From contig NW_019091362.1 of the NCBI RefSeq assembly GCF_001949145.1, positions 1,185,838-1,249,837 on the forward strand: a stretch of DNA of 64,000 nt, given 5' to 3'. The first letter of the stretch is position 1. Each line of letters starts with the position of its first letter. A model generated the notes under the pieces. It did not search any database. It was not told the origin of the DNA and saw only the letters and a program-made list of their open reading frames with translations. The stretch comes from Acanthaster planci (lineage: Eukaryota). The translations under genes and the position numbers were made by a program. This document shows positions 54,310-64,000 of this stretch, piece by piece.

Positions 54310-55020
54310 GTCCTCATCATGTCGCGCCATCATGCCGCAGCATCGTGCCATCGTACTGTCGGCATTGCGTCATGCCATCTCATGCCGTCACGTTGTGCGT
54401 TCAACCTGTTATGCTGTACCATCGACCCATCAAGTCGTGCCCTTTAGCTGTTGCATCGTGCCATCGCATCGTGCTGTCACATCGTACTCTCACCGTTGCC
54501 TCATTACTGGTGGAAATAGAGGGCGTCTTAAGAGATGGAAGGCAGTTCCAATACCATACCAAAAGATACCATCACATGATCACATCTTGTAGAACCCTAT
54601 GCACCATGTGCACCCACACTTTTTTTCCCCATGACTTGTGACATACGCCCTTTATTGGGTGTGATAATCATCAGCCCTTTTTTAAACACAGTAAGGTACG
54701 GTGGCACAATACGACAGATGACACGATGTGACAGCACGACACAACAGTGTAATGACATGACGCGATGGTATGACATCAGGACACGACAACATGATGGCAG
54801 GACATGACGGCCTAACCCACAACGATACAATAACAGGTGATGCGACATTGCAACGGTATGAGGGCAAGACGCGACAGCATCAAGAAACAGTACGATGCCA
54901 CAACGCAATGCCACAACACAACACAAAAAACAGCATAAAAGTAACAACAAAAGAAGCAACGCAATGGCACCGCTCAATGGAACCATCGTAGCATAGCGGG
55001 TCGGCACAACGCAACACAAT
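54310..55020. repeat. Degenerate inverted pentamer arrays (CATCG/CGTGC vs CGATG/GCACG)
   Basis: 54310-54500 is rich in catcgtgc-like units. 54700-55020 is rich in the reverse-complement acgatg/cacga units. Confidence 0.6.
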
Positions 55021-57370
55021 TTTTTCATCGAAAGAACACCGTATTAAGAGGACTGAGTTGTGGAGAATTTTTACTTCATTACTCTCATAAGCTCCCAATA
55101 CTACCCATCAAGCATGTGTGCAGTATGATGTGAATTTAAACCAGGTTTACACATGTACCAGTTAGGTTACTTGCAAAAAGAGAAGCAATCATAAATGAGT
55201 TTTTAATGAGATACATGTACCCAATGGTGAATCTATTCATAGCTCATTGCCTCTAAGGTAGTCTTGTTTCAAGTTATCACTGAGTGCATTCACAAAACTG
55301 GGAATTCACAAGTATCAAAATCCAGCACGTCAAACAAGCTGAGTTTTTTCAGTGTTCTCCAAAAAGTCCATGCATGTGCATGTGTTTCACTAATAGAGAG
55401 GCAAGGTACAAAAAGCAATGTACACCATGGCAGTCATGAACTGTGGCTGATATACATATAGATGCACATCTAAACTCTAGGTTCACAGTTTCACTGAGAT
55501 GAGCTGCTTTTGTATGGTACATGATGGCCTAAAAATGGTTAATAATGACCAATGACTTGATGTGGGCTGTTTGCACTGTCAACGGACGAACATGTATTGC
55601 ACTCTATAAAAAAAGGAGAAGCCTTAATTGCGAGTAATATTTAGTTTTAAAGTTTTCAGGAGTGCTTTGAACACATTAATTGTACTATCAAACATGTCTG
55701 CACCAATGATATATGGTCAACAGATTTGGGCAAGGTTAAAATGTCATTTTGTATGACACCATTTCTGCTGGTAATGATCAAAGAATGTGACCACCAGAAA
55801 ATGTACTCTGCAGAGGTCATCTGAATTTGACAGAACTTGCTCTCTCAATGAAAATCCAAAGGATGACCCTTGTCAACCCAATTCTAAATTGTAATCAACA
55901 CTCCGTGACTTCACACCACGCAATATTTCATGCACAGCTTTCTTGTTAAACATCTAGGTACTTGATCAAGTTATCTGGAAGCAACTTGGAGTAATACTTT
56001 CCAAATCTGTGTTTCTCTGAAAAAATACAAAAGTTGTAAAATAGTAGCAGTATAAAACATCACCACAGCTACAAAACAACAAAACAAGAATGTACAAAAA
56101 GTCCTTTGACAGTATCTGCATCACCAACCAATGAATGTCTGCAAAACATTTTCCACACACTACTTTCAACAGCGAACAGTATTTTAGATTAAAACCCTCC
56201 TTTTGCTGTAACCGTCAAAAACAGTCAAAAATTCCTTCCACTTGATTTCCCCCAGTACACAGACACATATGGGAAATTTGACTCGTTTTGACTGATAGGA
56301 CAACTGTGTCAAGAATGTGTCTTTGCATCTGAAAGTTCAGGAATAGGAGCATTCCATAAAATTCAGAAAGTGTCAGTAGAAACCAGTAGTTGAGAGCCCA
56401 TCCTCGGTTTCACCTGCTAGAACAGATGTGACCCGAAGGTAAGAGGTATCAGGGTTTAACAGAGACAACAGTTCAAATATCCTAATTTTGCTAATGTGCT
56501 GCATGCTGTTGCAGAAACAATTGCTTTCTCGATTCTGCACGGTTCAAATCGTATCCAAATGGCTTTGTAGCAACGTTTAATTTCATCTGCAATTGAAGAT
56601 TTTACAGTGCTTTTACATGTGTGTACTTTTTAATGGCTATCATTTCAATGTCTTTGATAACTCTGAAGAACAAACTTTTATAAAAAAAGTATTAAAAAAC
56701 GTTTTGAAAAAGTCACAGGCATATACGGCCAAAAAGGGAGTCAAATTCAACCCACCAATTTCGGCACTTCAAATACATTTGTCCAATAATGTTCCCTAAA
56801 GTAGCGCTATTTCATCTGTGCACTGACGCTAATACAAAAAGTCATAATCAATACCTCATTACCTCTCGCACAGCATGCTGAAACATCACTGAGCTTGCCT
56901 TTATTGCCTAAAACATTTTGGCCCCCTTTTTTTGTTTGGTTGAACAAATCTGATCGTAGCACGGTTTCTCATAAAAGTATTAAGAAACTAGTACAAATAT
57001 TGGTAACAAAAAACCACTTTACTGTTGCCTGACAACATGGGTTAGAAAATTAGCAATGCTTACTAGCAACGAGATGGTACAGCTTGCATATTTACGTTTA
57101 ATTAGTCTATGCAAGTCACATGACTTGCCTCCACATAAATAATTATAAAACCAGACCAAATTGTAAAGATCGTGCAATACAGGCCCCTAATGTAATCAGC
57201 TACTTTTTTCAAGATTTAAACCATCTATTAACTTTACATCATCTATTAACAATACAAAGGATTTGCAACAGACCCTATTGATCATAATCTCAAAGGTCAC
57301 AGAACCTGAGGTCAGACAAGGGTCAATAAAATGACGTACATGTAACTCTGCCTCAACAGAGGTGAAAAGG

Positions 57371-60300
57371 TTAAACTGATGTCTCTGCCTCCATGTTGGG
57401 GACCTTTGGTGTAGGGAGATCAAACACGATGGGCTTGTTGGAGGGGCTGTAGTTAACTGTGCAGATGGAGGCGTTAATAAACGTGGTTTTGTTGTCGGTG
57501 GTGACACCGTAGCCTTCGTGGATGTGTCCGAAGATATGGTACTTGGGCTTGACCCGGCGCTGGATAGTAGTGAGGAGTTCCACGCAGCCCGCTCGCTCTT
57601 TGGATGTGGTCAAATCCCCATGACCTGTGCAGACATGGAAAAAGCTGCTTCATATGCATTGCGCATGTACAATGACCAATCAAATTCACAGATCTAGTAA
57701 TTTACACACGTGCAGCCTGGGTTCAATCCCAGCCCGGTCCACATGTGGATTAGGTTTTCAGCCCCTACCTGATCCCGTGGGTTTTACCCAGAATATTCCT
57801 CTGGGGTTTTTATCCCACCTCTAAAACCGTAACTGCTTCTTACTGTCTCCTCTCGTGCTACAGTGCCTAGGGGTGCTCTGAGGAATCCTTGGATTAATTT
57901 TAATTAATTTTGGTTTGATTACCAGATATATTTACTACCACTGAAAGCAATAGCTCTATATGTACAGTAGATCTGTTGGCTTGATTTGTCAGGCAGGATA
58001 TGCCAGCGTGCCTCACTATGCTGCTCTTTCGCCGTAGTTGAGTCGTAGTCTAAATCCAGACAAAGCTGTATTCAAAAGTTACGGCTGTGGCTGGAAGTGC
58101 TACATGTATGTATGCCAATGGAAGCCACTTACTAAAAAGCTGCAGCTGTTTCCATAGACGTAAATGTTACTCCTAGCCACAGCCTGTTTATTTAGACAGG
58201 GCCTTTAAGATGCACTCTCATCAAACCATAATAATCTCGTTGGTACTACCCTCAAGTAAAGGTCAACACACCAATGTTTATCAATCAGGGAGGAGATAGC
58301 ATAATTACTCCTGGGACTCCAAAAGCAGCAGGGTTTCCATTTAAACAACGATGGAGTCCTGGATGGCCCAATAGACTGTATCCGCGGCGTCCCCAATTTC
58401 AGTCATATTCCTTAACATACAGTACAAATTTTAAATCCATAAGGGGGTTGGTACCAGGTGATTTGGGGGGGTCAGAATGAAATCGTAGAATATAGTCTAG
58501 TTCCTTGAATTTAACATTTTCCAATAAATACACTACCTTGGGGAATATGACTGAAATTGGGAACGCCGTGAATATGGTCTATTTGGAAAAGGTACATTGA
58601 TCAAACCTACAATACTGTGTCTTGAAACTAACATCCAGACTCAGCAAATCTAAATTCACGATATTGAATTGAAAATTAATTACTATTATGACGTTAATAT
58701 AAGCATTTCAGAATGCAAAATCAAGTATACACAAGAACCAGCTTAGACAATTTCACAGTGCTACTGAGAAACAAAGATCACCAGCATTCTGTATTTATTG
58801 TAACTGGTTCCCAGCTAATTTTTGCTCAACACTTAATGCATAAGTTTGTCGAACATTATTTCTCACTTGTGAGTAAAGCGAGTCTACATGTATAAAACCA
58901 GGTTGAGATTTAAGTCAGGTCCAGTTTTGAGCTGCTTTGTTTTTTACTCTCCTGGACTCCAAGTCTACTTCATGCTACTTAGAGGGAACCCGCCACTCAT
59001 TACAATGTTCAGCTACATGTACTGGGTCCTTGCAGAGGCTTCTGAAAGAGCTGCACCAAGACTGGATACTTGTCCTAATTGACTGAAGCCATCAAAGCTT
59101 CTAGACTGCTGTGTGCTGCGATGATTCTGTGGTTTGTTGTCCCTCTCATCTTACCGACTTCATTTTCTGGTAAGCTTTGAAGTGAAACACGATGCCTATG
59201 TATGCTCATCCACTGCCACGGTTGATCATGGCAAAAGAGCTATCCTGATTGCTGTCAGTCTCTGACTATATCAGAGAGATCACGGTAGTATCCAGACCAT
59301 AGCAGCGCTCAATGTATTCTTTATACGCACAATGTCAATGTAACAGCAAGGCCGGGGGGCAGGGGATTAGACAGACAAGTGGTACTTTACCTAATGGTGG
59401 TCCATGCGTGACTAGCACATCAATGCCCGCTGGAATAAGGTTCCATTTGTCAAGTAGCGGCTGACCTCTTGGCAAATTGAAAGCCCAGTCACAGAACTCT
59501 GGTTGCCTATGAATGGAAAGACACAGAAGACAGTTCGCCTCAACGGGTGCTGTCTACACAAGCATGTACCATAATGCTTGTGTCCCTGAGCGATCTATTT
59601 TACCAAGATTCCTTCAACATTACGCAATGTTTAACTGTACAATGAAACGGCCAAATTCAAACGCACTCAACACTTTGTCAACAGTGTCTGATACATTCAT
59701 GAATCAACCGATCTAAGTACTACCAATCAAAAAAATTATCAAAATAACATGAAAATTCCCTCAGGATTTCGAATTATTACAAATTTGAAAATTCATCATA
59801 GGTGTGAAAATTAGTATTTGTAGTCACCAAATTCATAAGGAGGTTCTATATTTAAGACTTGTGATCACAATTGGAAAAAAATCAATAGATATACATGTAG
59901 TTACCATGGCGACCCGTAGATACGGAATCCCATAATGTTGACCTCGGCATCTTCTAGGTAGGTGCAGTTGGTAAGCAACGAGGGGATGTGCTTCCAATCT
60001 TCTTGTTTGACTTCTTGCAGCGCCGTGGCAAAGCTCATAAAGACGTGGCTGCTCTGCTCTGTCATTAGCTGCCGGTCAAAGGTCACTTCGTGGTTGCCGG
60101 CAATGACAACCTTGTGCCTGTGAGGCAACTGACCTGGGGGAAGGAAAGCAAATGCATGTGTTTCCTTTTAAACTTTTAAAACTTCAAATTTGATTTCCAA
60201 CTTACAGTTTAATAATCAACATTTAACAGCAACTCCATTAATGACCTCTGCAAAGTTTCCTAAGAACATTTGAAATGGTGCATGTTCAGGAGAGGTTCCG

Positions 60301-63300
60301 GTACAGTAATGGACGTGTTCAAGCTTTTTTGCACAGGACATCATGACATTAAATCTTCACACAACAAAATAAAACGAAGGCCTGTTTTTGATACAGGTCT
60401 GGAATATACTGTAGGGTCTTTCAAGTTTCAGCTTAACATAAATATGGATTAAATTCTCAATTGTCAATTTTTACTCTCAAAAGCAAAAGAGACTATTAAT
60501 GGTGCGCCATCCCATATTCTACATATTCTAAAATACCATAGTTTTGACTTACCCTACTGTGGGTTAGGAAAAGTCACTGGTTACAAGTACATTTGAATTA
60601 TACATAACTATTTTCATGGTAAATGTAATTTCTTCAGTCAAAATGGAGGATTCCAACTGTTAGGGCTAAGGCTGCTGGCAATCCAAAACTGTACACAACT
60701 TGAAGAACTAGGGGCCTACCTACTCTGAACAATTTCTTTTTTAGTAAGACCTAAAAATATTGTAAATGGTATTGAACACACCTCAGCTGTCATCAGCTCT
60801 TAAACAAAGAGCAACTAATACATGCAGGACATCTTCAACTTTCTCATCATATTTTCGACAACTGTGACAAGATCGACGTGTACTCAGCTCACCCAGAAAT
60901 GCATTGAAGGCTACAACCTCCCTAGGCAGACCAATGTTGCTGAAATTGCCGGCATGGATCAAGATATCACCTTCTGGTATCTTGGCCATGTGACTTGTCC
61001 TCGAAAACGTGTCCGAGATGCAGACAAACCTGGTGTAACCTGCGTAGTGACAGACACACATGAACAAAAAAATAAACCAGGAGGGAGGCAAGACTCACCC
61101 AAGAATTCGTTGAATCTCTTTATTTCCCTGGGGCGACCAATGTTGGTGAAGTCGCCCGCATGAATAAGGATGTCACCGTCGGGTATTGTCGGGAGAAGAC
61201 GGGCGGCTTGGTTGTGTGTGTCAGAAATACAAACAAAGCGTACGGCCCCTGAACAGTGCAACACAAAGACGGATACCATGCAAAAAATCAGGGTAAAGCT
61301 GAAATGAGGTGAAGGCATGCAGGATGGAAACCGAACAAGCAAAATTAAAACTAAGTGTGCTCAAAAGAAAAACACAAAGAACACCTTAATATTAATCATG
61401 AATACATGTACAATGTACTTAAACATTTACCCTGATGTTAAATTCTGTAAATAAGATTAAGTAGCTGCACCGCAAAATGCTTATGGACTGCAGTGGGAAG
61501 GCCTTCCCCGTGTTAAGGGGGGCAATTTCTATTGTTAAGAAAGACAGAACAGCAATATGGGAGCAGATTTCGTCCCCATAATAATTTTGGTCTCTATAAC
61601 ATCTACATTATGTACATGCATATTTCAAGAATCTTCATTTAACCCAGTAAGAAGGAAGCTCCTGTGTAAACTTAACGATTAAAACTCGAAAAAGTGAAAT
61701 TTGTCTCTTATTAGAATCTCTGAGAAAGATTTTGTTTTGAAGTAAAAAAAAAATCTGTTCAGCTTGTACCGGTAACTTTGGGCCCTCTTATTTTGACATA
61801 TGTAAGAATTTGCCAGCATTTGTGGATTTCAAAATAAATTCAAAATAAAAACTTGAAAACAAATCAAAACATGGCACTTTTCTTGCAAGACTTGATGAAC
61901 AAACTGAACAGACGTATTTCCAGGTTTTGAAGCAAAGAAAAAGGAAATGATAAAGTTGAAGAATAAGTCAGGGTACTAGCCAATACAGCACAGAATACAT
62001 GCATGGATAAAAAGTAAACATTCAGGCAAAACAATGTGCATGTATACAGGTATGGAAAGTGCTCTAGCATGGGCATGTACTCTGATACACATACGTGTAT
62101 ACAAGAAAGTGTGGACAGCAGAATATGCAAACATGGCTGGGGCATCGTCAGTATTTGGCCTGCCATCTGTCAAGGTCACATGACCCGTCATGTGCAGGGT
62201 GTCATCCACTTTTGTTCAGGCATATCCGGTTCGTAAGTGACTTTGTCACAAAGGCAGACGGGCCATGATTCACAGGCTCCCATTGGACGATCACAGAAGT
62301 TGCGCATTAACTTCTGGTTTCATGGTTCCATGTAACCCTATGTGCAGTGCACGTACATGTATGCAGTGGCCGTGGTTTAAACTGAAGTGACGTCACACTT
62401 GCGAACCGGATTGGGATGAGGTCAGAAAATATGCAGGGTCAAAAGGATATTTCATCCTCTGCTCAGTAGATGCAAACAACCTAAAATAAAAAAAGAAAAA
62501 AAATTTGTCTTTGCTTATATGTGTCAGTTTATCTGTTGGTCCTTTTGTCTTAAATTCTGTCAACACACATGAATGTGATTCATAACTGTGGCTTGGAAAT
62601 CAAAGATAAAGTGTAAGAAACCATACTTCAAAGTTGCCATTTGACAACAAGTGCACATATACATGTATATGTTTATGGACGATCTCCCAACAAGAAAATG
62701 TATCAATCAATTTACAATGTATTTACATATGCAAAAGTTGTGACTGCTTTACTTCTGCAAAATTAATTCTTTATTTAGGAATTAGAGCCTTGCTGTCAGG
62801 TTTTGAGGTTTCTGTTTGGAAAATGATTCTTAAAAAGTAAATTCAATTAATTCCTGCATTACTGGATTTTTGAAGATAGCAAGGTACCAGCAGAATCAGT
62901 GATAAATATTCTTCCAACAATGTGATGCATCTTGACTGCTGTAAGTCCTCCCTGTGTTTCCCCGATATTTCTTACTGCTTCATAAACATGTTTCAGCCCA
63001 AATCCCGTACAACTATAAGGCACAAGTTAATAGTGATGCAGCACTGATTACAGGAGGCTACTTTCTGCATGTGAAAGTTGAATTATGAGACCACACAGTG
63101 CAAGTTTGTTAACAAGAGCAACACTCATGCACATGTACATGTATGTACGGACACAAGTACAGTATACAGACACATGTAGATACATGTATACCCATAAACT
63201 ACATGTACATGTATGACTCAGAGTCTCTGGACCGTTTTCACTTTCATAACCCTTGTGCTGCCATTTCTGGATGAAACCATTTTCTTTTTTTAACTCTTGG

Positions 63301-63690
63301 GAAGTTTTAAGAAATTGATGGTGAAACAGCAGTACATGAAGTGAACAAGGCCCGGGTACATCTATTCTCCATCTGGGCAGACTTCTTATTCACGCATCCT
63401 GCATATTGTGCACGTACTTATGTACTCTTGTACCAAGGCGCGTTGAACATGATGTTGTATTAATGACACTCTTGGCATCATTGTACCAACCTTCGGGTAT
63501 GGGAATGTCTGGATTGATGGGCTGGACCACTCTACAGACCGTGGAGGACCGGTTCTTCATGGCATCCCAGACACATGTAGGCTTGTGGCTCTCCGGGTGA
63601 ACCGTGACCTCCCCGGCGCATTCATCCTCAATGTCCTCATCCCGAGGTTTGGCAGACAAGCTGCGACTTCCTGTGGCGCGTAGGAAGCGT
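57371..63690 (-). CDS. MPPED1: Metallophosphoesterase domain-containing protein (MPPED1/MPPED2, 239AB/239FB family), 5' end not found in window
   Basis: Exons 63690-63491, [61248-61099 or 61039-60893], 60133-59905 (KVVIAGNHEVTFD..YLED..IYGSPW), 59506-59391 (QPEFCDWAFNLPRGQPLLDKWNLIPAGIDVLVTHGPPLG), 57624-57371 (GCVELLTTIQRRVKPKYHIFGHIHEGYGV..*). All five MPE motifs (DxH, GD, GNH, H, GHxH) are present via the first alternative exon. The symbol is family-level; it is probably a co-ortholog of MPPED1/2. Confidence 0.93.
57712..57852 (+). mobile_element. tRNA-derived SINE fragment (same family as 17481-17839)
   Basis: GGTTCAATCCC B-box, then CCGGTCCACATGTGGATT..GGGTTTTACCCAGAAT..CCTCTAAAACCGTAACTGCTTCTTACTGTCTCC, matching the first copy. 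Confidence 0.8.
58369..58584. mobile_element. Palindromic MITE
   Basis: AATAGAC..CGGCGTCCCCAATTTCAGTCATATTCC is inverted to GGAATATGACTGAAATTGGGAACGCCG..GTCTATT. Confidence 0.75.
60893..61039 (-). CDS. MPPED alternative exon B (147 nt, phase 1-1), metal ligands substituted
   Basis: cag|GT TAC..CTG G|gtgagc. Encodes GYTRFVCISDTFSRTSHMAKIPEGDILIHAGNFSNIGLPREVVAFNAFLG with no stops. Confidence 0.75.
61099..61248 (-). CDS. MPPED alternative exon A (150 nt, phase 1-1), canonical DxH and GD motifs
   Basis: cag|GG GCC..TTG G|gtgagt. Encodes GAVRFVCISDTHNQAARLLPTIPDGDILIHAGDFTNIGRPREIKRFNEFLG. Confidence 0.9.
62224..62411. mobile_element. Small TIR element / MITE
   Basis: ATCCGGTTCGTAAGTG ... CACTTGCGAACCGGAT terminal inverted repeat. 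Confidence 0.7.
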
Positions 63691-64000
63691 CTGCAGCCAA
63701 GAGAAACCCAACAGAAGATAACCACACTAATTAGGAGGGGTAAACTAAGCAGTACACTATCTCCAGTAGTGTTGGGAGAAGGGAGGCAGGCAACATGGGG
63801 ATTCATTCAGCAATGATTGTCAAACGTGTTATCATACTGTTTCAAATTCTAAAGTGTTGGCACTCTCAATTCCTTAAAAAATTCCACTTCATCCCAAGGG
63901 GACAACTTGGCCCATCCCTTCCCTCCCTCAAGATGGCAGTTCATGTACATGTACCGGTACGACTGACTGACCAGAACATCAAAGCAAATTCTACATGTAC

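Noticed and set aside
54597..55028. 143-aa Cys/Leu-rich ORF resembling a secreted peptide
   Set aside because: It derives from degenerate pentamer repeats and has no splice or family support.

Overview
This is eukaryotic (invertebrate-like animal) genomic DNA with spliceosomal introns and two N gaps (32938-33453, 39282-39545), so most six-frame ORFs are spurious or partial exons. I built four multi-exon genes by hand from GT/AG boundaries and phase continuity. (1) An acyl-CoA thioesterase (ACOT/BAAT family) on the minus strand, exons from 11984 down to 1069, 3' part not traced. (2) An unrecognised ~17-exon gene (minus, 39861-20115) with coiled coils and an apparent C2-like domain split by low-complexity inserts. 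(3) CHMP2A/Vps2 (plus, 42411-46945), head-to-head with gene 2. (4) An MPPED1/2-type metallophosphoesterase (minus, 63690-57371, 5' end not found). The most striking observation is in the MPPED gene. The exon carrying metal-binding motifs I and II is tandemly duplicated across a 59-nt intron. One copy is intact (DTH, GD). The other keeps its frame and splice sites but has lost two metal ligands (DTF, GN). This suggests a mutually exclusive splicing switch between an enzyme and a pseudo-enzyme. Introns and intergenic DNA hold a decayed Penelope-like element with inverted pLTRs, a 13-bp TSD and hammerhead-like motifs, a solo LTR with TSD, tRNA-SINEs and many MITEs. Family assignments come from motif recall, not database searches.
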